Source: Actinomycetota bacterium (GTDB lineage: Bacteria; Actinomycetota; Acidimicrobiia; Acidimicrobiales; UBA8592). Taken from it: a stretch of 45,907 nucleotides of DNA. The position numbers and the translations under genes are program-made. The notes beneath the pieces are model-generated. The model had not been told where the DNA came from. It saw only the letters and a list, made by a program, of their open reading frames with translations, and did no database searches. The first letter of the stretch is position 1, and each line of letters opens with the position of its first letter. The stretch lies in the NCBI GenBank assembly GCA_036687775.1, contig JAYYZG010000071.1, forward strand, positions 1-45,907, given 5' to 3'. This document shows positions 18,755 to 29,020 of this stretch, one piece after another.

Positions 18755-19519
18755 ATGGTGGAAAAGTCAACAATAGAAGAACTCATCAGTTTGTCAGGAA
18801 AACGGGCTCTTGTAACTGGAGGCTTAAAAGGAATAGGGAAATCAATTGCGTCCAGACTTTCTGAATCTGGGGCAACGGTTTTGATTGCTGATGCTGATCC
18901 AAAAGTCACGGACGAACCGTCAAGCGACCGTCTTGATTACATTCAATGTGATATCACTGATAGCGATCAATTAGTGAGAGCTGTTGACATAGCAGCTGGT
19001 AATGAAGGACTTGATTTTCTTGTTAATAATGCTGGTATTTTTCCAACAACTGGTCCGATAGAACAAGTAACAGATCAATTTATTAGCAGAATGCTGGACG
19101 TGAATGTTCGTGCACAATTTAGCTCATCCCGCGAAGCTTCTAAAAAGATGAACCGGGGCGGAGCGATTGTGAATATATCATCAATAGCTGCTCTTCGAGG
19201 TGGAGCGAACATCAGTGCTTACAGCACATCTAAAGCCGCAATCATTGGTTTGACTCAATCATTCGCGCAAGAACTTGGTCCAAAAGGAATCCGAGTGAAT
19301 GCTATCGCACCTGGAATTATTGATACCCCCGGAGTTCAGGAGCAATTAGAACCACTTAAGGCAGGAGGGCTTGATATTAATGCTGCGATAGCTGCGAATC
19401 CTTTGCGTTCAAGTGGAAAGCCTGATTACATTGCTAGAGCAGCATTATTCCTAGTTTCAGATTTATCAGAATTTATAACGGGGCATCTTCTAGTTGTAGA
19501 TGGTGGCTCAACCGCATAA
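18755..19519 (+). CDS. Short-chain dehydrogenase/reductase
   Basis: TGGLKGIG, NNAG, YSTSK, RVNAIAPG. Confidence 0.93.
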   Translation: MVEKSTIEELISLSGKRALVTGGLKGIGKSIASRLSESGATVLIADADPKVTDEPSSDRLDYIQCDITDSDQLVRAVDIAAGNEGLDFLVNNAGIFPTTGPIEQVTDQFISRMLDVNVRAQFSSSREASKKMNRGGAIVNISSIAALRGGANISAYSTSKAAIIGLTQSFAQELGPKGIRVNAIAPGIIDTPGVQEQLEPLKAGGLDINAAIAANPLRSSGKPDYIARAALFLVSDLSEFITGHLLVVDGGSTA

Positions 19520-19533
19520 CGAAAGCAAAGGGT

Positions 19534-20808
19534 ATGGAGTCAACTACAGTTCAGGCAATAAAAGAGAAGATTCATTACGAAATTTCCCGTACTGAACCAC
19601 CTAAAGGATTTCCGAAATTCCATGACATTCCTAGGGGACGATATATTTCGGAAGAGTTCTATGATCTTGAACAAGAGTTCGTCTTCGGCAATTCATGGGT
19701 TATAGCTGGCCGTGAAGATGATGTAATGGAGCCCGGAGATTTCTTCACATTTAAAAAACTCGGAGAGCCTATGCTGATAATTAGAGGTAACGATGGAGGA
19801 ATTCGTTGCTTCTACAATACGTGCCAGCATCGGGGTGCGCCTGTGGTTAGAGACGAAAAAGGTTCATCTAAGCGTTTACGCTGCCAGTATCACTCTTGGA
19901 GCTACGACATAACTAGTGGAGCTCTGGTGGCAGTTCCAGATGAGCATGATTTTGTGGATCTTGATCGGGCTGAACGATGTTTACCGCAAATAAGTTGTGA
20001 AACTTTCGCTGGATTTATCTTTGTTAATAAAAACCCGAGAGCAGAACCATTAAACGAGTCTCTCGGGAAGGCTCGTGAAATGCTAAATCCGTTAGATTGT
20101 GAATCGTTAAAAGAGGTCTATCGAGAAAGCATGATCATACCTTGCAACTGGAAAGTAACCGCTGAAGCTTTCCTTGAGGTTTACCATTTCAAACACATCC
20201 ATTCAAACAAGGAAGGTTGGGCCACTCTTGATAGCAAACGGGCCGCTATGGGGCTCTACCGTGGTGGACATAGTCGAATGGTCACTGGTTATTCTGATCA
20301 ACATGTTCAAAAGTCCAATATGGAATCATGGGATGACTGGAAACCTCTTGATAATGGTGATTTCAAAACTGTTCAATCAACCAATCAGGATTTCCTTGAC
20401 ATGCTTGACTGCACAAGCACAGCTGTGAGCTATTTCCCAAACACTATTATCCCGTTGGGGGCATTTGGGTTTCCAATCCTTCTATTCTGGCCAATTGATA
20501 TCAAAACTACTCTTCTTGAATGGTTCTATTACGCACCGCAAGACTGGGAAGGCGATGAACTCCCACTGCACTGGAAAATCAGGTCAAAGCAATTTAATCA
20601 AATCATGGATGAAGATAAGTACAACATGGAACCCATGCAGGAATCTCTCCAGTCACGAGCATTTACAGGGATCCCCATTAATTATCAAGAGCGAAGGATA
20701 TGGCATCTGCATGAAGAGATAGACCGGATGATAGGCGTTGACCGTATCCAAGAAGAATTAAGAATGAACCAACTCCTGGAACAATATCTTGAGGATGGAA
20801 ATGATTAA
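19534..20808 (+). CDS. Rieske non-heme iron oxygenase alpha subunit
   Basis: CQH...CQYHSW Rieske motif; NWK...E.YHFKHIH mononuclear Fe site; distal DED. Confidence 0.93.
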   Translation: MESTTVQAIKEKIHYEISRTEPPKGFPKFHDIPRGRYISEEFYDLEQEFVFGNSWVIAGREDDVMEPGDFFTFKKLGEPMLIIRGNDGGIRCFYNTCQHRGAPVVRDEKGSSKRLRCQYHSWSYDITSGALVAVPDEHDFVDLDRAERCLPQISCETFAGFIFVNKNPRAEPLNESLGKAREMLNPLDCESLKEVYRESMIIPCNWKVTAEAFLEVYHFKHIHSNKEGWATLDSKRAAMGLYRGGHSRMVTGYSDQHVQKSNMESWDDWKPLDNGDFKTVQSTNQDFLDMLDCTSTAVSYFPNTIIPLGAFGFPILLFWPIDIKTTLLEWFYYAPQDWEGDELPLHWKIRSKQFNQIMDEDKYNMEPMQESLQSRAFTGIPINYQERRIWHLHEEIDRMIGVDRIQEELRMNQLLEQYLEDGND

Positions 20809-21274
20809 TTTTCAAGAAATATTTCATATCGGAATACGTGTTCCCGATATTTATAAAGCAATGGAAGAAATGGGAGAGTCACTTAACCTTACATGGGCTG
20901 AAGTTGTTGAAACTTCTGGTCAAAGTATTTGGACTCCAGAGGAAGGTCAGCAAAAAATTCCCTTGAAGTTTGTTTATTCGTGTGAAGGGCCACAACATAT
21001 TGAACTGCTTGAGGGAGCTTCAGGCTCGTTTTGGGATGGTAGTGAGGATTCCGGGGTTCACCATGTCGGAGTTTGGGTTGATGATGTCCAGGAGGAAACC
21101 GATCGTCTTATAAATCTGGGCTGGGAACTACTTGCATCAGGAAGATCCCCTGAAGAGGGTTATGCTGGCATGTCATATCTGGCCCCTCCCAGTGGAACAA
21201 TAGTTGAACTTGTTACACCGGCGATAAAACCTAGATTTGAGCAATGGTGGGCTGGCGGGTCACTGGCTACGTAA
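20801..21274 (+). CDS. VOC/glyoxalase family protein
   Basis: FHIGIRVPD, HIELLE, HHVGVWVDD, IVELV; GAGGA RBS before ATG 20801. Confidence 0.88.
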   Translation: MINFQEIFHIGIRVPDIYKAMEEMGESLNLTWAEVVETSGQSIWTPEEGQQKIPLKFVYSCEGPQHIELLEGASGSFWDGSEDSGVHHVGVWVDDVQEETDRLINLGWELLASGRSPEEGYAGMSYLAPPSGTIVELVTPAIKPRFEQWWAGGSLAT

Positions 21275-22175
21275 AAAGAGCAAACAATTCTTGAAACGCT
21301 ACGAATTGACCTCCGCTGGTTGATGATGGGACAAGAATGGGATTGTCCAAACCGGCGTCATACCACTTTTCTAGTCCTTCTTTTACTTCAGTAGCCGACC
21401 CAAAGAGTGTTACGTCATTGAGCCAGTCATCAGTCATTAAACTAGGTAAAGCTTCGTAATCTTTTTGAGATATTGCCTCTTCGATACTTTCCATTTCTTT
21501 CTGATATCCGGAAGCTTTCCAATAATTTCGATAGTTGGGAAGGTTTACATACATCATGAGCGTCTTACGGTTTACTGCAGCCGCTGCTTCCCGATCCTCG
21601 GAGATACAAGTCGGGATCATGCCTCCAACGAAGAAACTATCTGAAATTTTTGAATTTTTTCTCATTCTTTCCAACGAGCCAGCCAATGCGCTTCTAGCTC
21701 CATTAGCGAGAACAACTCCGTCACTTATTTCAGCTCCCAAGCTCATCATTTGGTCTCTCATCGCAGCGAGAATAATGGGGGGTAATTCACCCACCCGCTT
21801 AGCGTCTTTGAAGATTTGAACAAAATTTTTCATATCTGATAAAGGTTTACCTGTTGTAAGTGATAGGCGGTCATTCATCGGACCATGACTTACACCGACC
21901 CCAAAGCGGAACCTCCCGCCGGACATCTCATGGATGAAAGAAGCAGAAGATGCGTAGTCATGGGGGTGTCTGGTATAGATATTCACTATTGAAGTTCCGA
22001 ACGAAATTCTGCTCGTTCTCTCGGCGATGCCTTGGCATAAACCCATTGCATCCCCAAAGCTTGGACAGTAAATCCCAGAGAAGCCCCTTTTTTCAATTTC
22101 AACTGCTAAATCTAAAGTAGCTGTTCGCCGTCCTGGTACCGCAGCGAGTGAAACAGATGGAATTCTATTATTCAA
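21267..22175 (-). CDS. LLM-class flavin/F420-dependent oxidoreductase
   Basis: FGTSIVNIYTRHP, SGGRFRFGVGVSH, PPIILAA. Start probably TTG 22175, overlapping the ACAD stop. Confidence 0.85.
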   Translation of the reverse strand: MNNRIPSVSLAAVPGRRTATLDLAVEIEKRGFSGIYCPSFGDAMGLCQGIAERTSRISFGTSIVNIYTRHPHDYASSASFIHEMSGGRFRFGVGVSHGPMNDRLSLTTGKPLSDMKNFVQIFKDAKRVGELPPIILAAMRDQMMSLGAEISDGVVLANGARSALAGSLERMRKNSKISDSFFVGGMIPTCISEDREAAAAVNRKTLMMYVNLPNYRNYWKASGYQKEMESIEEAISQKDYEALPSLMTDDWLNDVTLFGSATEVKEGLEKWYDAGLDNPILVPSSTSGGQFVAFQELFALFT

Positions 22176-23382
22176 TTCGCAGCCCAGAGATAGCACGACT
22201 GATAACAAGTTGTTGTATCTGCTCGGTTCCTTCAAAAATATCGTGAATCTTCGCATCCCTATGCCATCGTTCAACGGGGTATTCTCTGGTATATCCATAG
22301 CCTCCGAGGATTTGGATGGCTCTTTCAGTTACCCACACCGATACTCGGCCAGCCTTGAGCTTTGCCATTGAACCTTCAGCATTCTTAAATTCCCCTTGCT
22401 TTCCAAGCCAGGCAGCTCTCCAAGCTAACATTCTTGCTGCATCAATTTCAGTTGCCATATCAGCAAGCATAAAAGCTATGCTTTGGTTCTTAATGATTGG
22501 TCTTCCAAAGGCATAGCGTTCTTTCGCGTATTCTAATGAATACTCATACGCAGCCCTTGCAACTCCAATAGCTTGCGCAGCTACTGCTGGTCTTGTAGCT
22601 TCAAAAGTTTGCATCGCTGCCTGGGCATTTCCTTTTTTGCCCGCTCGGACTCTAGCCAATCGTTCATCAAGTTTTTCTTTACCTCCAAGTAAGCAACTTC
22701 CAGAGACTTTCACATCATCTAAGACAACTTCTGCAGTATGACTTGCACGTATTCCATGTTTTTTGTACTTCTGACCTTGGCTTAACCCTTGAGTGTTAGG
22801 TGGAATTACGAAACTCGCATGGCCTTTGGACCCAAGATCTGGATCGATTACTGCTACCACTACGTGGATATCTGCAATTCCGCCATTGGTGATCCAAGCT
22901 TTAGTTCCATTTAAAGTCCATTCATCTTTCGCTTCGTCGTATTTAGCGGAGAGTCGATACCCGCCTACGTCTGACCCAGCGTCCGGTTCTGATGCACAGA
23001 AGGCACCAAGTTGAAGATTTTGCGCGTCTCCATAACATTGAGGCACCCATTCAATTATTTGTTCGTTGGTTCCAGAAGCAAAAATCCCTGCTGCTGCAAG
23101 TCCTGAACCCATAATTGCCATTCCGATCCCTGCATCTCCCCAAAATAATTCTTCAATCGCTACCGGCATTGTTAAACCTGTTGGGTCATTTGTCATAGCT
23201 TCAGCCATAAATTCCCACCCGTAAAGGCCTATTTCAGCTGCCTGCTTAACTATTGGGTAGGGAAATTCTTCTCTCTCATCCCATTCTTCAGCGACTGGCC
23301 GAATAACTTCTTCGGCAAACCCATGAACCCAGTTTTGGATCCTAATCTGGTCATCATTCAACTCAAGTGAGAATTCAGTCAT
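22168..23382 (-). CDS. Acyl-CoA dehydrogenase
   Basis: SEPDAGSD, NGTKAWITNG, IQILGGYGY, RDAKIHDIFEGT. Confidence 0.95.
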   Translation of the reverse strand: MTEFSLELNDDQIRIQNWVHGFAEEVIRPVAEEWDEREEFPYPIVKQAAEIGLYGWEFMAEAMTNDPTGLTMPVAIEELFWGDAGIGMAIMGSGLAAAGIFASGTNEQIIEWVPQCYGDAQNLQLGAFCASEPDAGSDVGGYRLSAKYDEAKDEWTLNGTKAWITNGGIADIHVVVAVIDPDLGSKGHASFVIPPNTQGLSQGQKYKKHGIRASHTAEVVLDDVKVSGSCLLGGKEKLDERLARVRAGKKGNAQAAMQTFEATRPAVAAQAIGVARAAYEYSLEYAKERYAFGRPIIKNQSIAFMLADMATEIDAARMLAWRAAWLGKQGEFKNAEGSMAKLKAGRVSVWVTERAIQILGGYGYTREYPVERWHRDAKIHDIFEGTEQIQQLVISRAISGLRIE

Positions 23383-23527
23383 TTCTAAATTACCTCTCTA
23401 CCCATAAGTTCACCTTCCAAATTATCCTCTTGAAGATGAGATTGAAAGCAGTCCACCATATTACATATGATTGTTTCTTCTCTTCTTGCATCATTCAAGC
23501 AGTAAACGGCATTACTATTTCTAAACA

Positions 23528-26500
23528 ATGACTGAAAATCACTCATCTAAGAAATTGGCAAAATCGTATATCCCATCTGAAGCAGAAACAGCTATTAGCG
23601 CGTTGTGGTCGCAGGTTAGCGCATTTCAGGCAGAACCTCCTTCAAATGAAAAAAAACCATATTCAATTGTTATCCCCCCACCAAATGTGACTGCAGCATT
23701 ACATTTGGGTCACGCGTTAAATAACACCATCCAAGATGTTCTTATTCGATATCACCGAATGGCCGGTTACGCCACTATGTGGATGCCAGGTACCGACCAT
23801 GCTGGAATAGCGACGCAGGCAGTGATTGAGAAGCGACTGCTCAATGATGGAACATCAAGACTAGAAATCGGCAGAGATGCTTTTATCCAAAGAACTCAAG
23901 AGTGGAAGGACGAATACGAAGGGATCATTATTGACCAACTCATCGCTATGGGGGCTTCATGTGATTTTGATCGCACGAGATTCACGATGGATGAGGTTTG
24001 TGCAAACGCTGTTCGGCATGCCTTCTACATTTTATTTCAGGATGGATTGATCTACCGCGGAAAACGTCTAGTCAACTGGGACCCCGTTTCTATGACTGCT
24101 CTAGCTGATGATGAAGTAGAGATGGAAGAAGTTGAAGGTTTCATGTGGTACCTGAAATACCCCCTTGATGATGGATCAGGGTATGTAACAGTTGCAACCA
24201 CTCGTCCGGAAACAATGCTTGGTGATACGGCCGTAGCTGTCAACCCCAATGATTCTGTTGCTAGTGATTTAGTAGGGAAAATGGTTCGATTGCCAATCGT
24301 AAATCGGCTAATTCCAATCATTGCTGATGATTATGTCATCATGGCTGACCCAGAAAGTGAAGATTCCAAAGCACGCTATGCTTCTGGGTTCTTAAAAGTC
24401 ACACCAGCACATGATCCTAATGACTGGGATATAGGTCTTCGGCATGATTTACCTGTTATTAATATCATGGGTCCAGATGCAAAAATTTCAAATCATTATG
24501 GCTGGGAGGATGTTTCTGAGGAATCTTCTAAGTTCATTGGTTTGACTAGGGAAACAGCCAGGGAGGCTGTAATTGAATGGTTTAATGAAAATAATCTTCT
24601 TGAGGAGATTAAGCCTTACACGCATTCGGTTGGTCATTCTTATCGTAGTCATGTCCCCATTGAACCTTGGTTAAGTTCACAATGGTACGTTGCCGTAACT
24701 GATGACCGTTTGCGGGGTTCCGCTTTACGAGCTCAAAAGGAGTCTCAAGTTCCTTCTCTCCCGGATGACGTCACAATGAGGTCAACTTTGAAGGGTGATG
24801 GAGATCTGTCATTTGCTCCGCCAAGGTATGCTCGGACATACCATTCTTGGCACGAAGGGATCCGAGATTGGTGCATCTCACGCCAATTATGGTGGGGGCA
24901 TCAGATTCCAGTTTGGGTGCGTTTGGTTCCAATGGAGGAAAGCCCTGTCCCATTAAGTACCAATGGTTTAGACGCCGGTATCAATATTGAAAGTGAATGG
25001 ACCCAGAAGGGCGCTGCTCACATGGTTCGAAGAGTTGGCGATGACATGATTGAAGAAGCTATTTGTGTCCCTCCAGAAAATACGTTAAAGCGGATCAACT
25101 TAGAAACACCGATTTCTGAAATTGAATTGATTTCCCAGATTGAAAGCGGAGGGTTTACCCGTGACCCTGATGTCCTTGATACATGGTTCTCGTCAGCGCT
25201 CTGGCCACTTTCTACTATGGGTTGGCCATGGCCGAAAGATTTCCCCGAGACTGAAGGAATTCTTGATTTCTATAACCCGACCTCTGTCCTATCGACAGCG
25301 CGGGAGATTATAACTCTATGGGTTAGCCGAATGGTTATGTTCAGTCGCTATTTTCTAGATGGACAACTGCCATTTAAGGATGTTTTTATCCATGCGATGG
25401 TTCAGGATGGGCATGGTCAGAAGATGTCGAAAAGCCTTGGAAATGGTGTAGACCCTCGCGATATTATATTTAGCCATGGCGCGGATGCTATGCGCTTTAC
25501 TTTGGTTCAGATGACTACCGATACGCAGGACGTCAGAATGCCAGTTGAAATGGTTTGCCCTCACACGGGCACGGCGTTTATTCCAGAATTTATAACTACT
25601 CCTGCCGGATATCTAGTTGCTGCGCCTATCCAATCTTCACCTACAGACGCTGCAAAGAAAATGGTAAGCGCTTACGGTTCAGCTTCGGGATCCGCCGAAC
25701 CCGACGACCTTATCCCCTTGGCGAGAAACACTTCATCGAAGTTTGATTTAGGGAGAAATTTCGCAAACAAGCTTTGGAATGCGACGCGATTCGCCTTAGG
25801 AAGGATTGATACCTCATCAGATGCAGAAATTTCTCTAGAGTCTCGTCCATTTGCCGATAAGTGGATCGTTGCTCGCTTAGCTGAAACAATTACGACATTA
25901 GAGAGTGCTTTAGCTTCTTACCAGTTTAATATTTTCGCTGACACTCTTTATGATTTTGTTTGGCATGATGTTTGTGATCGTTATTTAGAAGTCATTAAAC
26001 CAACGATTGATAATGACCCGCAGCAGCAGGCGATTCTCGCAAATATTCTTGATGCTGTGCTGAGAATCATGCACCCCGTTTGCCCATTCGTCACAGAAAC
26101 CCTCTGGCCTTATGTACGAGAAGCAAAACGGTCAAGCTTAGACGAAGTTGCGCTACCTGACTCAGAGATTCTTGCTATGGCTAATTGGCCAAAGGTTAGT
26201 CTTAACGTTTTACAATCTGATGAAATATTAAAAACTTTCAAAAGAGTTGATACTTTAGTTGGCCTTCTCAGATCAGCCCGCGCTGAACAAAAAGTTAAAC
26301 CAAAACAAATGATCCAACTTCATGTTTCACCATCTGTCCATGACCTCTTAACTTCTACGAATGGTTTCGTAGAAGTTCTTGCCGGAATTGAAGATGTCAA
26401 TATTCTTAATGAGACTGCTGACCTGCAATCAACTCTTTTAACGTTTGAAGGTGAAGAGATACAGATTTCTGGGCTTGTAAACGAAGTTGACCTTGAGGCT

Positions 26501-26689
26501 CAGAAAAATCGGTTAACTAACCTGGTTGAAGATAAGCGTAAACAAGTTGCAGGATTTCAGAATCGACTTGAGAATCCAGGTTATTTACAAAATGCTAAAC
26601 CTGAAGTCATTGCCGAAACAAGAAAGATGCTGCAAGAGGCTGAAGCCGATTTGCTAGCGGCAGAAAATTCATTAACAAACTTAGGTTAA
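23528..26689 (+). CDS. valS: Valine--tRNA ligase
   Basis: PPPNVTAALHLGH, PGTDHAGIATQ, ATTRPETM, KVTPAHD, DWCISRQLWWGH, DVLDTWFSS, KMSKS, C-terminal coiled-coil arm. Confidence 0.97.
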   Translation: MTENHSSKKLAKSYIPSEAETAISALWSQVSAFQAEPPSNEKKPYSIVIPPPNVTAALHLGHALNNTIQDVLIRYHRMAGYATMWMPGTDHAGIATQAVIEKRLLNDGTSRLEIGRDAFIQRTQEWKDEYEGIIIDQLIAMGASCDFDRTRFTMDEVCANAVRHAFYILFQDGLIYRGKRLVNWDPVSMTALADDEVEMEEVEGFMWYLKYPLDDGSGYVTVATTRPETMLGDTAVAVNPNDSVASDLVGKMVRLPIVNRLIPIIADDYVIMADPESEDSKARYASGFLKVTPAHDPNDWDIGLRHDLPVINIMGPDAKISNHYGWEDVSEESSKFIGLTRETAREAVIEWFNENNLLEEIKPYTHSVGHSYRSHVPIEPWLSSQWYVAVTDDRLRGSALRAQKESQVPSLPDDVTMRSTLKGDGDLSFAPPRYARTYHSWHEGIRDWCISRQLWWGHQIPVWVRLVPMEESPVPLSTNGLDAGINIESEWTQKGAAHMVRRVGDDMIEEAICVPPENTLKRINLETPISEIELISQIESGGFTRDPDVLDTWFSSALWPLSTMGWPWPKDFPETEGILDFYNPTSVLSTAREIITLWVSRMVMFSRYFLDGQLPFKDVFIHAMVQDGHGQKMSKSLGNGVDPRDIIFSHGADAMRFTLVQMTTDTQDVRMPVEMVCPHTGTAFIPEFITTPAGYLVAAPIQSSPTDAAKKMVSAYGSASGSAEPDDLIPLARNTSSKFDLGRNFANKLWNATRFALGRIDTSSDAEISLESRPFADKWIVARLAETITTLESALASYQFNIFADTLYDFVWHDVCDRYLEVIKPTIDNDPQQQAILANILDAVLRIMHPVCPFVTETLWPYVREAKRSSLDEVALPDSEILAMANWPKVSLNVLQSDEILKTFKRVDTLVGLLRSARAEQKVKPKQMIQLHVSPSVHDLLTSTNGFVEVLAGIEDVNILNETADLQSTLLTFEGEEIQISGLVNEVDLEAQKNRLTNLVEDKRKQVAGFQNRLENPGYLQNAKPEVIAETRKMLQEAEADLLAAENSLTNLG

Positions 26690-26708
26690 ACCGACTGCAA
26701 ATTCGGTT

Positions 26709-27728
26709 CTACTTCTCTTGATTGATCCAAACTGTCCTTTGTGGGAATGGCATCTGTATTCCTTCGGAATCAAAAGCTTCCTTGATACGAATTCGCAGCT
26801 CTCGAGCTACTGCCCATTGCTCAGATGGATCTGTTTTCGCGACCAACCGGAGAGTGATCCCGTCAATCCCAAGGTTCTGAACCCCAACAACCTGTGGTTC
26901 CTCTATTATGTCGCCATCTGTAAATGCCTCATCTTCCCAGAGTCCCACAGCTACGCTTTTCATAACATCTTGTGCATGTCGTAAGTCAGTGTCGTACGCA
27001 ACATCAATATCTAAAACTGCTCGAGACCACACTTGGGATCTGTTTCCAACTCGCGCTATTTCTCCATTAGGGATATACCAAACACTTCCATTTGTGTCTC
27101 TGAGAATTGTTGTACGCAACGTCATGCGTTCAACAGTCCCCGAGGCAATCCCTACATCTACTGAATCCCCTACCCCGTATTGGTCTTCAACAAGCATAAA
27201 CATGCCTGAAAGGAAATCTTTTACAATTGATTGCGCTCCGAATCCGACTGCCACGCCTACTATTCCTGCGCCTGCAATGAGTGGACCCAGATTAACGCCT
27301 ATCTCCCCGAGTGCCATTAGCACTACGACTGTCCAGATCGCAAGATTTGCGATACTAGATAAGACTGAAGTCAAAGTTTCCGTTCTTGCCTTTGTCCTTA
27401 ATTCTGCCTGTTCATCTCGAAGCACTTTCCCAGCTTTAACTTTCCCCTTAATTTTTTGAAGTTGTGCTAACGCTCTACTTTGACGTTCATCTGTCAAGCG
27501 TTCCCCGAAATGGGTAATGGTTTTGCGCATTAAACGGGAAGCAATAAAACCTGCTAACAAAACAATGATGATTGTTAGAGGTTTGTCCACGGCCCACCCG
27601 ATAATTGATGAAAGAGTCTTATTCCCTGATGCGTCAAAGACCCATTCACAAATCTGTCCAGGATCATTCCCACAGGCATCAACTAGTTCATTATTTCCAG
27701 ACTGGTATGCGAATAATTCTCTGATCAT
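26709..27728 (-). CDS. mscS: Small-conductance mechanosensitive channel
   Basis: AGAGIVGVAVGFGAQSIVKDFLSG, EDQYGVGD, YIPNGEI, GIQMPFPQR. Confidence 0.92.
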   Translation of the reverse strand: MIRELFAYQSGNNELVDACGNDPGQICEWVFDASGNKTLSSIIGWAVDKPLTIIIVLLAGFIASRLMRKTITHFGERLTDERQSRALAQLQKIKGKVKAGKVLRDEQAELRTKARTETLTSVLSSIANLAIWTVVVLMALGEIGVNLGPLIAGAGIVGVAVGFGAQSIVKDFLSGMFMLVEDQYGVGDSVDVGIASGTVERMTLRTTILRDTNGSVWYIPNGEIARVGNRSQVWSRAVLDIDVAYDTDLRHAQDVMKSVAVGLWEDEAFTDGDIIEEPQVVGVQNLGIDGITLRLVAKTDPSEQWAVARELRIRIKEAFDSEGIQMPFPQRTVWINQEK

Positions 27729-27829
27729 GCAAAAAGGGTAGAGAGTGAACGAGGTGAGCTAGGTGATGGTGTGAAAAAAAATTTTAACTGTTCTGCGTTT
27801 CAAGTCAATTTCTCACTTTTAATAGATTT

Positions 27830-27856
27830 TGATATAATATTTATATGAATTTCATA
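27830..27856 (+). promoter_or_regulatory. Extended -10 promoter (TGaTATAAT) with downstream palindrome TATGAA-T-TTCATA, mod operon
   Basis: TGnTATAAT at 27830-27838; perfect 6-1-6 inverted repeat at 27844-27856; AAGGAG RBS before ATG 27874. Confidence 0.65.
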
Positions 27857-27873
27857 GATATAAGGAGCTCAAA

Positions 27874-28263
27874 ATGACTAGCTTGCGAATTGGCCAAGTC
27901 GCTTCCCTTCTAGCATTAAGCGTTGATACCGTGCGCACATGGATTGATGAAGGAAGGATTCCAGCCACGAGAACCGATGGAGGTCACCGAACGATACGAG
28001 GAATTGATTTAGCACATTTCCTTCGCGAGTCCCATCAAGAGACCCCCGATGAAAACACCCACCTATCAGCAAGAAATCGTTTCATTGGTCTAGTAACGAA
28101 AGTGACCAAAGATGGAGTCATGGCTCAAATTGAGATTCAAGCAGGTGGACATCGCTTCGTATCTCTGATTTCTGCAGAAGCTACAGAATCTATGAGACTT
28201 GAACCTGGAGTCATTGCCGCTGCCGTTGTGAAATCAACAAACGTAGTGATAGAACTGCCGTAG
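27874..28263 (+). CDS. Excisionase/MerR-like HTH + TOBE (Mop) molybdate-sensing regulator
   Basis: LRIGQVASLLALSVDTVRTWIDEG...RTDGGHR HTH; SARNRFIG...VSLIS...VKSTNV Mop domain. Confidence 0.9.
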   Translation: MTSLRIGQVASLLALSVDTVRTWIDEGRIPATRTDGGHRTIRGIDLAHFLRESHQETPDENTHLSARNRFIGLVTKVTKDGVMAQIEIQAGGHRFVSLISAEATESMRLEPGVIAAAVVKSTNVVIELP

Positions 28264-28273
28264 TTGAGACTCA

Positions 28274-29020
28274 ATGACCACTTCCAAAAACTTCCGTGGC
28301 ATTTTACGCCTTAACGCTTTTCTAGCAGTTTTTTCCTTCCTGAGCCTTTCATGTGGCCTGTCTCAGAACTCATTACATGTAATGGCTGCATCTTCACTAA
28401 CAGAAGCATTTGAAGAGATAGCTGAAGAATTTAAGAAGGAAACACAAGTTGAAATTTCATTAACAATTGCTGGAAGCGCTTCCCTTGCATCCCAAATAGA
28501 GGATGGGGCCAAAGTTGATGTCGTAGCTCTAGCAGATGAAGAAACTATGAAACGAATTAACGAAACAAGGAGGGTTGAGCAGGGAAGCCTAAAAATCTTT
28601 GCCACTAATTACCTCGTGTTAGCCACCCCCTTGGAGAACCCCGAATCAATAGAAAGTCTCCAAGACCTCAAAGGGAGCATCTCCGCAATTTGCGCGCCAC
28701 AGGTCCCATGCGGAAAGCTATCTTTAAAACTCGCAATCCAAGAAAACATAGACTTAAACCCATCATCTTTGGAACCAAACGTCAGGTCTGTAAGAACAAA
28801 AATTGAATTGGGGGAAGTCGACGCTGGACTCATTTACATAACCGACATCAATGAAAAAATTAATCACATCATTATTGACCGGTCAGAACAAATTACAACG
28901 AATTACCCCATTGCATCCATCCATGGCGGAAAAATAGAATCAACAGATTTTATAGAGTTTGTGCTTTCTCCGGCCGGACAAAAGATCTTAGAGAAGTACA
29001 GGTTTGGCGCTCCATCATGA
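28274..29020 (+). CDS. modA: Molybdate ABC transporter substrate-binding lipoprotein
   Basis: Lipobox-like LSC, AASSLTEAF, AGSASL, VPCG, GEVDAGLIY.TD. Confidence 0.93.
   Translation: MTTSKNFRGILRLNAFLAVFSFLSLSCGLSQNSLHVMAASSLTEAFEEIAEEFKKETQVEISLTIAGSASLASQIEDGAKVDVVALADEETMKRINETRRVEQGSLKIFATNYLVLATPLENPESIESLQDLKGSISAICAPQVPCGKLSLKLAIQENIDLNPSSLEPNVRSVRTKIELGEVDAGLIYITDINEKINHIIIDRSEQITTNYPIASIHGGKIESTDFIEFVLSPAGQKILEKYRFGAPS

Noticed and set aside
23383-23527. T-box leader for valS
   Set aside because: Short spacer with no GGTGGNACC T-box sequence.
27874-28263. Prophage/ICE excisionase
   Set aside because: The HTH is fused to a Mop/TOBE domain and heads modABC; there is no integrase or att context.
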